From Clostridiales bacterium (GTDB lineage: Bacteria > Bacillota > Clostridia > Oscillospirales > Oscillospiraceae), in contig DXYV01000031.1 of NCBI GenBank assembly GCA_019415645.1, positions 14,061-34,147 on the forward strand: a stretch of 20,087 bases of DNA. Reading direction: 5' to 3'. Under the pieces are notes generated by a model that worked only from the letters and a program-made list of their open reading frames with translations, did no database searches and was not told the DNA's origin. Position 1 is the first letter of the stretch. Each line of letters begins with the position of its first letter. Below are positions 8,224 to 15,134 of this stretch, one piece after another. The position numbers were made by a program, and so were the translations under genes.

Positions 8224-8305
8224 TGAATATGAGGTTTGTTCCTGACTCTTGTCCCCACGGCCTTTTTATGGTAAACTGGAACCAATTCCGAAAGGAGGAA
8301 GCATC

Positions 8306-8854
8306 ATGGAACTGGAAACATCGCGGCTGATTCTGCGCTCGGTCCATCCAGACCAGGCGGAAGCGCTGGCCGCCTACTATACCCGCAACCGGGCCTTTCT
8401 CGCCCCCTTCGATCCCGTGCGGGAAGAAAATTTCTATACACCGGAGCGGCAGGCGCAGCTGCTGGCAGAGGAACTGAATCACCTGCAGGCCGGAACCGGC
8501 TTCCGCTTCTATGTGTTTCCCCGCATCGCTCCGGAGCAGATCATCGGCACCGTGGGGCTGAACAATATCGTCCGGGGCTGTTTCCACTCCTGCTTTCTGG
8601 GCTATAAACTGGACCAGGACTTTCTCAACCGCGGCTACATGACCGAGGCGGTGAGGGCAGCAGTGGATTACGCCTTCGGCCCTCTGGCGCTTCACCGGGT
8701 GGAGGCCAACATCATGCCGCGCAACCAGGCCTCCCTGCGGGTGGCGGAGAAGTGCGGCTTCCAGCCCGAGGGGCTGGCCCGGCGGTATCTGTGCATCAAC
8801 GGCGTGTGGGAGGACCATCTGCATATGGTGCGCCTCAACGCCGCCATGGAGTAA
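8306..8854 (+). CDS. GNAT family N-acetyltransferase (RimJ/RimL-like). The start is the ATG at 8306 (protein begins MELETSRL), with an AAAGGAGG RBS.
   Basis: 'LILRSVHPDQAEALAAYY', 'GTVGLNNIVRGCFHSCFLGYKLDQDFLNRGYMTEAVRA' and 'HRVEANIMPRNQASLRVAEKCGFQPEG' follow the GNAT acetyl-CoA-binding pattern seen in RimJ-like enzymes. Confidence 0.85.
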   Translation: MELETSRLILRSVHPDQAEALAAYYTRNRAFLAPFDPVREENFYTPERQAQLLAEELNHLQAGTGFRFYVFPRIAPEQIIGTVGLNNIVRGCFHSCFLGYKLDQDFLNRGYMTEAVRAAVDYAFGPLALHRVEANIMPRNQASLRVAEKCGFQPEGLARRYLCINGVWEDHLHMVRLNAAME

Positions 8855-8868
8855 AGGAGGTTTTCGGG

Positions 8869-10041
8869 ATGCGGCAACAATCCATGCGGAAGTACCCACA
8901 CCGGCTGGCAGCCCTGCTGCTGTGCCTGGCGCTGTGGGTCGGCCTGCTGATCCCCGCCGCGGGCGCGGCGGCCGTCTCTACCCCCGACCCGGCCGATCTG
9001 GCCGCCGACCTCCAGCAGCTGGGACTGCTCCAGGGTGTGTCGGAAGGGGCCGCCGATTTTGACCTGGACCGGGCCCCCACCCGGGCTGAGGCCCTGACCA
9101 TGCTCATCCGGGTTCTGGGGAAGGAGTCTGAGGCTCTGAACGGGACTTGGTCCCATCCCTTTACCGATGTGCCTGCCTGGGCGGCCCCCTATGTGGGCTA
9201 CGCCTATGAGCATCAGCTGACCACCGGCGTGTCGGACACCCGCTTCGGCAGCACACAGACCGTGGACCTGGCCTCCTATCTCACCTTTCTCCTGCGCGCT
9301 CTGGGGTACTCCGACCAGACCAACGCGGAGTTCAGTTGGAAATTTCCCCATGCTCTGGCCACCCAGGCGGGAATCCTTCCCCTGGAGGTGGATTGGAGCG
9401 ACTTTCGCCGGGCCGACCTGGTGCGGGTGAGCTACGCCGCCCTGTCCGCTGCGCTGAAGGATTCCGACACCACGCTGGCCCAGCGTCTTATCGCCGACGG
9501 CGTGTTCACGCAGGCGCAGTTCGAGGCCGTGTACCGTCCTGACGCCTTTGCGGATTCCGCTGCGGTCCACAGTGCAGTCGCTCAGGTCATCCTCGCCCGG
9601 GAGGGCGGCCTGGCCGCAGAGAACGTCTTTCGCGGCGAAAGCCATGTGGTGCTGGAGGCCGCCCGCCGGGGCGGCACCCTGACGGTGACGGTCCGCTATT
9701 TCTGCGGCCGCTATACCTATCGGGGCAGCGGCTCCTCCACTACCGGCAGCAGCGGAATCGCCGTGGTCACCCTGGCCGGCAGTTCCGGCGGACCCTATAC
9801 CCTTACAGCCTATCGCAGCGGACCGGTAGATGATATGTCTCTCTCTGCCCAGGCCCAGCAGCGCTCCGATCTGCTGGCTAAGGCGCCCGGCGCGCTTCAG
9901 GCCGTCTGTACCGCCCAGGCCGACGCCTGGCACCGCGCCTCCCAAGCCCTGCCTTCCGATGAAGTTTCGGTTGAGAGCCCGGTGCCCCCTTCTTCCGATG
10001 CATCCGACACGGAAGAGGGCGTCTCCACCGTGTCCCTTTGA
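8869..10041 (+). CDS. Secreted protein with an N-terminal signal peptide and three S-layer-homology (SLH)-like repeats. The C-terminal domain is unknown and rich in Ser and Gly. The start is the ATG at 8869, with an AAGGAGG RBS.
   Basis: The signal peptide is 'MRQQSMRKYPHRLAALLLCLALWVGLLIPAAGAAA'. The three repeats resembling SLH are 'DFDLDRAPTRAEALTMLIRVLG', 'FTDVPAWAAPYVGYAYEHQLTTGVSDTRFGSTQTVDLASYLTFLLRALGY' and 'FSWKFPHALATQAGILPLEVDWSDFRRADLVRVSYAAL'. It sits 15 nt after the GNAT gene, so co-transcription is likely. Confidence 0.7.
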   Translation: MRQQSMRKYPHRLAALLLCLALWVGLLIPAAGAAAVSTPDPADLAADLQQLGLLQGVSEGAADFDLDRAPTRAEALTMLIRVLGKESEALNGTWSHPFTDVPAWAAPYVGYAYEHQLTTGVSDTRFGSTQTVDLASYLTFLLRALGYSDQTNAEFSWKFPHALATQAGILPLEVDWSDFRRADLVRVSYAALSAALKDSDTTLAQRLIADGVFTQAQFEAVYRPDAFADSAAVHSAVAQVILAREGGLAAENVFRGESHVVLEAARRGGTLTVTVRYFCGRYTYRGSGSSTTGSSGIAVVTLAGSSGGPYTLTAYRSGPVDDMSLSAQAQQRSDLLAKAPGALQAVCTAQADAWHRASQALPSDEVSVESPVPPSSDASDTEEGVSTVSL

Positions 10042-10049
10042 CCATGAAA

Positions 10050-10089
10050 GGCGGAGCCCGGCGTTCCATTGGGAACGCCGGGCCCCGCC
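10050..10089. repeat. Palindromic repeat copy 1, a ~40-nt hairpin: GGCGGAGCCCGGCGTTCC-ATTG-GGAACGCCGGGCCCCGCC. It lies immediately 3' of the SLH-protein gene.
   Basis: The stem is 18 bp with one mismatch. The 21-nt core 'GGAGCCCGGCGTTCCATTGG' is identical to the copy at 10311-10331. Confidence 0.75.
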
Positions 10090-10306
10090 AGCTTGCCAAA
10101 AAAGCCTCGCAGAGTTCGCCGCTTCCGCGGCGAAAAAAGTTCAGTAAATTTTCCCCGGCGACATGTGCGTCGGGGAAAATACTTCTCGGCCCGCGAGTGT
10201 GGAATTTGTCCCTCCGTGGACAAATTATGCGCGTGGCGGGCCGCATCCTCGCCGAAAGCGATTTTTGCTTTCGGCGAAGGCTGTCGAAAACACTTTTTCG
10301 ACAGCC
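10090..10306. other. A run of five further stem-loops lies between the two palindromic repeat copies, and no credible ORF is present. The region is either a structured RNA or a MITE-like insert.
   Basis: The hairpins are: TTCGCCGC-TTCC-GCGGCGAA (~10115-10134); ATTTTCCCCGGCGAC-ATGTG-CGTCGGGGAAAAT (~10148-10180); AATTTGTCC-CTCCGT-GGACAAATT (~10203-10226); TCGCCGAAAGC-GATTTTT-GCTTTCGGCGA (~10249-10277); GGCTGTCGAAAA-CACT-TTTTCGACAGCC (~10279-10306). Confidence 0.6.
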
Positions 10307-10309
10307 TCA

Positions 10310-10350
10310 CGGAGCCCGGCGTTCCATTGGAACACCGGGCTCCGCTTTTT
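10310..10350 (+). terminator. Palindromic repeat copy 2 (CGGAGCCCGGCGTTCC-ATTG-GAACACCGGGCTCCG) followed by TTTTTT. On the plus strand this has the form of a rho-independent terminator. It also lies directly 3' of azlD on the other strand.
   Basis: The stem is about 15 bp with one mismatch, and 'CTTTTTTACAC' follows immediately. The core sequence is the same as the copy at 10050-10089. Confidence 0.55.
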
Positions 10351-10682
10351 TACACAAAGACCGCCTGGACCAGGACCATATACAAAATCGTACCGCCCAC
10401 GATCGAGAGCATGTTATTTTTCCGCCACAGGTGGAGGGCCACCACGGCCGCGGAGGCAATCAGCGCCGGCGCCCAGTTGGCGGCCGCGTCGAAGCTCACA
10501 TTGCGCAGGCAGTAGACGATGAGCATGGCAATGATGGCGGGCGGGAGCACCTTCCCCAGATACAGAATGATGCGGGGCGGCTTGTCCCCCCGGCCAAACA
10601 GCGCAAAGGGCAGCGCCCGGGTCAGGAAGGTGACCACCGCCATAATGGCGATGGCGGCGATGGCATACAAGGTGGGATTCAT
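10350..10682 (-). CDS. azlD: AzlD-like branched-chain amino acid transport protein, the small subunit. The start is the ATG at 10682 (protein begins MNPTLYAIAAIAIMAVV), which overlaps the azlC stop as ATGA.
   Basis: It is a membrane protein of about 110 aa, 'TFLTRALPFALFGRGDKPPRIILYLGKVLPPAIIAMLIVYCL', which is a typical AzlD. Translational coupling with the upstream azlC gene is expected for this pair. Confidence 0.8.
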   Translation of the reverse strand: MNPTLYAIAAIAIMAVVTFLTRALPFALFGRGDKPPRIILYLGKVLPPAIIAMLIVYCLRNVSFDAAANWAPALIASAAVVALHLWRKNNMLSIVGGTILYMVLVQAVFV

Positions 10683-11395
10683 GCGCCTGCCGAGCCCCCT
10701 TTCGTCCATCCGGTCTCCCGGTCCAGCACAGGCCGCAGAAGCAGCAGCCCCGCCACAATGACGCACAGGGCCGGAATGAGCATATTGTCCGCCCCCACCA
10801 GCAGCAGGGCCGCCAGGGTGCCGCCCGCCCCCAGGATGGCCGGGATATGGCTGGGATACGTTTTCCACTGGTCCACCGCAATGACCAGGAACAGGGCGGT
10901 CATGGCAAAGTCGATTCCCTCCGTGTTGATGGTGATGAGGGAGCCCGCGATTCCGCCGATCACCGAACCGGCGATCCAGTACAGGTGGTCCAGTACGGCA
11001 ATGGAAAAGTAGAATTGCTTTTCATCCACGCCCTCCGGCGCGGACACGCCGGCCAGCAGCGCGTACGTCTCGTCGGTCAGGGAGGCGATCATATACAGCT
11101 TGCGCGCGCCCATCCCTTTGAACTTCTCCAGCATGGACAGGCCGTACACCAGGTGGCGGAAGTTGATCACCAGCGTCAGGAAGGCCACGTCGGTCAGCGG
11201 GGCCAGGCTGCCCAGCAGCTCTACCCCCAGATACTGCCCGGAGCCGGCGTAGACGGTCAGCGACATAAAGAAGGACCAGATGGCATTGTATCCAATCGCC
11301 GCCATCATCCAGCCGAACACGATTCCGATGGACAGATACCCCATCAGCACCGGCAGCGTATAGGGAAAGGCGGCGGCCAGAGATTTGCGAGTCAA
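10679..11395 (-). CDS. azlC: AzlC family branched-chain amino acid permease subunit. The annotated start is a TTG at 11395, and the true start is uncertain. An internal Met (MGYLSIGIV) is the alternative.
   Basis: 'YTLPVLMGYLSIGIVFGWMMAAIGYNAIWSFFMSLTVYAGSGQYLGVELLGS' has the AzlC signature 'YAGSGQ'. The protein is a polytopic membrane protein of about 238 aa. Confidence 0.8.
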   Translation of the reverse strand: MTRKSLAAAFPYTLPVLMGYLSIGIVFGWMMAAIGYNAIWSFFMSLTVYAGSGQYLGVELLGSLAPLTDVAFLTLVINFRHLVYGLSMLEKFKGMGARKLYMIASLTDETYALLAGVSAPEGVDEKQFYFSIAVLDHLYWIAGSVIGGIAGSLITINTEGIDFAMTALFLVIAVDQWKTYPSHIPAILGAGGTLAALLLVGADNMLIPALCVIVAGLLLLRPVLDRETGWTKGGSAGA

Positions 11396-11546
11396 ACCAT
11401 CACCCCATTGTACCTTGGTCTGGGCCGGCGGGCTCCGGCCCGCGGCCTCTTTCTTATAACCTTTTTAAGATAGCACACCCCGCCGCCCATCTCTGTAACA
11501 TTCTTTACAATCTTTCCGCCTCCTCTTCCGAAATTTCTTCTGGCCG

Positions 11547-11574
11547 GTTGTATTTCCTGCCCGATTTGTTATAA
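11547..11574 (+). promoter_or_regulatory. Candidate sigma-A promoter with an extended -10 for the lipid kinase operon: TTGTAT-16-TGtTATAAT
   Basis: 'ggTTGTATttcctgcccgatTTGTTATAATgttagc'. It is about 33 nt upstream of the ATG, and an AAAGGAG RBS is at about 11594-11600. Confidence 0.55.
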
Positions 11575-11607
11575 TGTTAGCATTCCACTGCGCAAAGGAG
11601 ACGTCCT

Positions 11608-12504
11608 ATGAAGCGTTTGCTTTTGATTTACAACCCCACGGCCGGCCGTCAGAAGGTCAAGACCATGCTGCCCACCCTTCTGGACGTGTTCGCCCAGAAG
11701 GGCTATCTCACCACGGTCTACCCCACCAAGGCCAAGGGGGACGCCACCGATGCGGCGGCCGCTCTCGCACCGGATTTCGACCGGGTGGTCTGCTGCGGCG
11801 GCGATGGCACGCTGAACGAGACCGTCACCGGTCTGATGAAGCTGACGCAGGACCGGCGGCCTGTGCTGGGTTATATCCCCACCGGTTCCACCAACGACTT
11901 TTCCCGCAATCTCTCCCTGCCACGGGGCACCGCCCAGATGGCGGAGGTAGCCTGCGGCGGCGTGCCGCGGGCTTGTGATCTGGGTATAGTGGACGGACGG
12001 TGGTTCACCTATGTGGCGGCCTTCGGCCTGTTTACCGATGTGTCCTACGCCACGCCCCAAAACGCAAAAAATCTGCTGGGGCACACCGCCTACCTCATTG
12101 AAGGGGCCAGCCGCCTGACCTCCATCCAGAGCTACCACATGAAGGTGGGGAGCGCGGACCACTTTGTGGAGGGGGACTTCATCTATGGCATGGTGGGCAA
12201 CACGGTGTCGGTGGGCGGGCTGATCAACCTGCCCAAGTCCATGGTCAAGCTGGACGACGGCCAGTTCGAGATTCTGCTGGTCCACAAGCCCAAAAATCCG
12301 CTGGAATATCAGGATATTTTTCGCGCTCTGCTCTCGCAGCAGCTTACCTCCAGCGGACTGGTGGAGGGCTTCTCCGCCAGGTCGGTCACCTTTACCAGCG
12401 ATGCGCCCGTGCCCTGGACCCTGGACGGGGAATTCGGCGGTGAGCACACCGCATTGAAGATTGAAAATCAGCAGCAGGTCCTGATGCTGGCCTGCGGAAA
12501 ATAA
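11608..12504 (+). CDS. Diacylglycerol kinase catalytic-domain family lipid kinase (YegS/DagK/BmrU-like)
   Basis: 'MKRLLLIYNPTAGRQKVK...' and 'VVCCGGDGTLNETVTGL' (the GGDG motif of the DAGK_cat family), together with 'LGYIPTGSTNDFSRNL'. It is 298 aa. Confidence 0.85.
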   Translation: MKRLLLIYNPTAGRQKVKTMLPTLLDVFAQKGYLTTVYPTKAKGDATDAAAALAPDFDRVVCCGGDGTLNETVTGLMKLTQDRRPVLGYIPTGSTNDFSRNLSLPRGTAQMAEVACGGVPRACDLGIVDGRWFTYVAAFGLFTDVSYATPQNAKNLLGHTAYLIEGASRLTSIQSYHMKVGSADHFVEGDFIYGMVGNTVSVGGLINLPKSMVKLDDGQFEILLVHKPKNPLEYQDIFRALLSQQLTSSGLVEGFSARSVTFTSDAPVPWTLDGEFGGEHTALKIENQQQVLMLACGK

Positions 12505-12518
12505 GGGAGGGACCATCT

Positions 12519-13811
12519 ATGACCTTGCGTGACTGCCTGGGCCGCCGCCTGCTCCTGCTGGACGGCGGGACGGGCACCCAGCTTCAGGCCCGGGGCCTGA
12601 AAGCCGGCGAATCCCCTGAGTGCTGGAATTTGGAGCGCCGGGAGGACCTGATCGCCATTCACCGCAGCTATTACGAGGCCGGGGCCGATCTGGTCATGAC
12701 CAACACCTTCGGTGCCAACCGGCTCAAGCTCCATGGCTGTCCTTACTCCGTGGCGGAGCTGGTGACCGCGGCCGTGGAAAACCTGCGTGCCGCCCGGGAC
12801 CAGGCGGGCCACGGCTGGCTGGGGCTGGACATCGGCCCCACCGGACGTCTGCTGGCTCCCATGGGCGACCTGGACTTTGACGAGGCCCGGGCCGCCTTTG
12901 CCGAGACCATCCAGGCGGGCGCGGCGGCGGGGGCCGATGCGGTGGTCATCGAGACCATGACCGACCTCTACGAGCTGAAGGCCGCCGTTCTGGCCGCCAA
13001 GGAGAGCTGCAGCCTGCCTGTGCTGGCCACCGTGGCCTTCAGCGAGAACGGCCGCCTGCTCACGGGGGGCGATCCGGCGGCGCTGGTCGCTCTGCTGGAG
13101 GGACTGGGCGTGGACGCCCTGGGTCTCAACTGCGGCGCGGGTCCCCTCCAGCTGTCGGCGACGGTCCGGGCCGTGGTGGAGCTGGCCTCTGTGCCCGTCA
13201 TCTTCAAGCCCAACGCCGGTCTTCCCCACACCTCGGAGTGCGGCTGCGTCCACTACGACATCGACGCGGACACCTTCGCCGCCGCGGTGGCGGAGGAGGT
13301 GCGCCGGGGTGTCTGGGTTGCCGGCGGCTGCTGCGGCACCACACCCGCCCACATCGCCAAGCTCCGGGACGCCTGCGCCGGTATTACGCCGGCGGCCCTC
13401 ACGCCCAACCCGGCGGTCTGGCTCTCCTCCGGCAGTCAGGCGGTGGACGCCCGGAGCCTGGACTTGTCCGCCCTGGCCCCGATCGCCGTCCCCGGCGACC
13501 CGGACGACCTGCTGGACGAGGTCTTTGAACGCCAGGACGAGGAGGAGCCGGTGCTCCGCCTGGCCTTCTCCGCCGAAAGCCTGTCCCCCCTGGAGACCGT
13601 GGAGGCGATTCAGGAGGTCTCCCGCCTGCCCCTGTGGCTGGAGGAGGCGGACGCTGACTCCCTGGCGGACGCCCTGCGCCGCCTCAACGGCAAGGCCATG
13701 GTCACCGTTCCTGCCGCCGATCCGGCCCTGCTGGCCCTGCTCCGCCGGTACGGCGGCGTGGCCTATGACCCTGCTGCCGGCACACGCACCGATTGCAAAG
13801 TTAGTTCCTGA
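12519..13811 (+). CDS. Homocysteine S-methyltransferase family protein. It has a MetH-like N-terminal Hcy-binding domain plus a C-terminal extension of roughly 130 aa of unknown function. It sits 14 nt after the lipid kinase gene and has a GGGAGGG RBS.
   Basis: 'LLLLDGGTGTQLQARG', 'DLVMTNTFGANRL' and 'VWVAGGCCGTTPAHIAKL' are hallmark motifs of the Hcy-binding (S-methyl_trans) domain, including the Zn-binding CC pair. The total length is 430 aa. Confidence 0.8.
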   Translation: MTLRDCLGRRLLLLDGGTGTQLQARGLKAGESPECWNLERREDLIAIHRSYYEAGADLVMTNTFGANRLKLHGCPYSVAELVTAAVENLRAARDQAGHGWLGLDIGPTGRLLAPMGDLDFDEARAAFAETIQAGAAAGADAVVIETMTDLYELKAAVLAAKESCSLPVLATVAFSENGRLLTGGDPAALVALLEGLGVDALGLNCGAGPLQLSATVRAVVELASVPVIFKPNAGLPHTSECGCVHYDIDADTFAAAVAEEVRRGVWVAGGCCGTTPAHIAKLRDACAGITPAALTPNPAVWLSSGSQAVDARSLDLSALAPIAVPGDPDDLLDEVFERQDEEEPVLRLAFSAESLSPLETVEAIQEVSRLPLWLEEADADSLADALRRLNGKAMVTVPAADPALLALLRRYGGVAYDPAAGTRTDCKVSS

Positions 13812-14048
13812 CCGATTGGAATCAGAGCGGCCCGGCTGCGTCGTCGGGCCAAAGTCCGCACCGCTCAAAACGCCCTGTCGGGCATTTCTCACTCCGCTCC
13901 CTTGTCCCTCCTCTCCCAAACAAACCCGCTTCGCTGGGCTTTGTTTGGGTTCCCGGCGCGTACTTGCGGGCAGAAAACCTCTGCCGAGGATTTATTTGCA
14001 AGCACGTTCCTCCGTTTTACGCATGATTCCACTTTTGGGGCAGACTAA

Positions 14049-14081
14049 GGCCCGGCTGCGTACAATACGCAGCCGGGCCTT
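14049..14081. terminator. Strong bidirectional terminator-like hairpin between the convergent homocysteine-methyltransferase operon and the low-GC islet.
   Basis: There is a 13-bp perfect stem, GGCCCGGCTGCGT / ACGCAGCCGGGCC, with loop ACAAT. The arm motif 'GGCCCGGCTGCGT' is also present at about 13828-13840. Confidence 0.5.
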
Positions 14082-14112
14082 ATGATTCCGGCGGGGAGGA
14101 CCGACGGGCCAG

Positions 14113-14298
14113 TTAAGCCCAATCTCGTATCGTCAGGAATAGGACAAGATTAACGACGACCAGGCCAAAAATCGCAAACCATGACACGGCGGCGTTTTTC
14201 TTGCGATAGTACACGGCCAGCCACAACATCCCCAATTCTATTATAACGATAATACTCCCGTTATACAGGAGCCATTTCTTGTCATACATTGCAATCAA
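14113..14298 (-). CDS. Small hydrophobic membrane peptide of about 61 aa with two predicted TM segments. It is hypothetical and sits in the low-GC islet. Its start overlaps the upstream gene's stop.
   Basis: The ORF is 'MIAMYDKKWLLYNGSIIVIIELGMLWLAVYYRKKNAAVSWFAIFGLVVVNLVLFLTIRDWA'. It is AT-richer than its flanks and overlaps the stop of the 14295-14921 gene by 4 nt. Confidence 0.45.
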   Translation of the reverse strand: MIAMYDKKWLLYNGSIIVIIELGMLWLAVYYRKKNAAVSWFAIFGLVVVNLVLFLTIRDWA

Positions 14299-14921
14299 AG
14301 AGCCTGCTTAAACTGCAAAAACAGCTGATCGCAGTCAAGGGCTTCATTTCGTGCGATGGCCCATTCCGCCGTTTCTGCATGCGACGAATCCGTTCCCGTG
14401 CTTGCCGACGCAGTCCTCTGGGCTGCGTTAAGCTCTCGCATCGCTGCACATAAGTCACGGGCCAGGTCAAGGGCGTCCGTATCTTCGCCAACATAGCCTG
14501 CCCACGCTTTTTCTCCACACCGGAAGCTGAAATACATACCATTTCGATCCAGGCTCGCGTCGCTGTAATAGTAGTAATAATCCCAGTATTCCGTTGTGAT
14601 GGTGCCCCATGTTTCCGCATGGGCCGAAGGCTGGCCCTCTGCCTGTTCCAGCTTTTCAACCGAGATCTTCACCGTGCCGTCCTCACTGTAAACGCTCAGC
14701 CATTCGCTGTCAAACGTAGTCACCACGCTGGTCTCGCCGTCCGTGACATGGACCACTCGCATACCGTCGTATTCGGTGATTTCGATAGTATATAGAATCC
14801 CGTCGATCTCCACCTGCTGTTCACGGGAATGTTGTTCAGCCGCAAATACAGATGCCGTACCAACCGTCAAAAGCGCCGCACACGAGATCAGAGATGTTAG
14901 CCGTATGAACCATTTTTTCAT
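14295..14921 (-). CDS. Hypothetical secreted protein or lipoprotein. It has a signal peptide with an LISC lipobox-like motif. No family was recognised.
   Basis: The N-terminus is 'MKKWFIRLTSLISCAALLTVGTASVFAAE'. The codon usage looks coherent and the gene is lower-GC than the neighbouring genes. An AAGGAG RBS lies upstream, and a TTGATG-17-TAAAAT promoter is at about 14976-15004. Confidence 0.6.
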   Translation of the reverse strand: MKKWFIRLTSLISCAALLTVGTASVFAAEQHSREQQVEIDGILYTIEITEYDGMRVVHVTDGETSVVTTFDSEWLSVYSEDGTVKISVEKLEQAEGQPSAHAETWGTITTEYWDYYYYYSDASLDRNGMYFSFRCGEKAWAGYVGEDTDALDLARDLCAAMRELNAAQRTASASTGTDSSHAETAEWAIARNEALDCDQLFLQFKQAL

Positions 14922-14975
14922 TCCTGTTCTCCTTCCTTCGCACCTGAGAACCCATAGCCTTCCTTTGACATACTA

Positions 14976-15004
14976 ATTTTACCATCCTACTTTCCTTCCA
15001 TCAA
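14976..15004 (-). promoter_or_regulatory. Candidate sigma-A promoter for the islet genes: TTGATG-17-TAAAAT, read on the minus strand.
   Basis: The minus-strand read is 'ctaTTGATGgaaggaaagtaggatggTAAAATtagtatgtc', which is followed by 'gaaggAAGGAGaacaggaATG'. Confidence 0.5.
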
Positions 15005-15066
15005 TAGATTCCAGCACATTTTGTCCTGAAAAAGTTATCCGGCAGCTCTTTCTGCGCAAATCTGGC

Positions 15067-15110
15067 AAAGAAAAGCCCGCCCCGGACGGCGTTCTGCCGT
15101 CCGGGGCGGG
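15067..15110 (-). terminator. Intrinsic terminator of the flotillin operon: a GC-rich 15-bp stem followed by a T-tract on the minus strand.
   Basis: The stem is CCCGCCCCGGACGGC / GCCGTCCGGGGCGGG with loop GTTCT. The minus strand then reads 'CTTTTCTTTGCC', about 25 nt after the flotillin stop. Confidence 0.7.
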
Positions 15111-15134
15111 GATTCGCATTTTGGGGCTCTCTGG

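Noticed and set aside
6639-8285. A 548-aa minus-strand ORF that is antisense to degV
   Set aside because: It is low-complexity and G/R/A-rich, and it crosses the degV promoter and terminator. DegV on the plus strand is unambiguous.
8692-9945. A 417-aa minus-strand ORF that is antisense to the SLH-protein gene
   Set aside because: It is a Gly/Arg-rich translation with no motifs. The plus-strand frame has a signal peptide, an RBS and SLH-like repeats.
10038-11012. Several overlapping plus- and minus-strand ORFs (10038-11012, 10069-10515, 9897-10310 and 9878-10246) that cross the hairpin-rich intergenic region
   Set aside because: They run through palindromic hairpins and terminator-like elements and into antisense azlCD. 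They have no RBS and their composition is Arg/Pro-rich. The region is better explained as structured non-coding DNA.
12468-13919. A 483-aa minus-strand ORF that is antisense to the homocysteine methyltransferase gene
   Set aside because: It is low-complexity. The plus frame carries the GGCCGTTP Hcy-binding signature and is translationally coupled to the upstream kinase.
14282-14659. A 125-aa minus-strand ORF inside the islet lipoprotein gene
   Set aside because: It is in an alternative frame that fully overlaps the signal-peptide protein, and it has no RBS. It is most likely spurious.
14086-15075. A mobile-element call (IS or prophage remnant) for the low-GC islet
   Set aside because: No transposase, integrase, terminal inverted repeats or flanking direct repeats could be identified. 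I report it only as a compositionally atypical islet.
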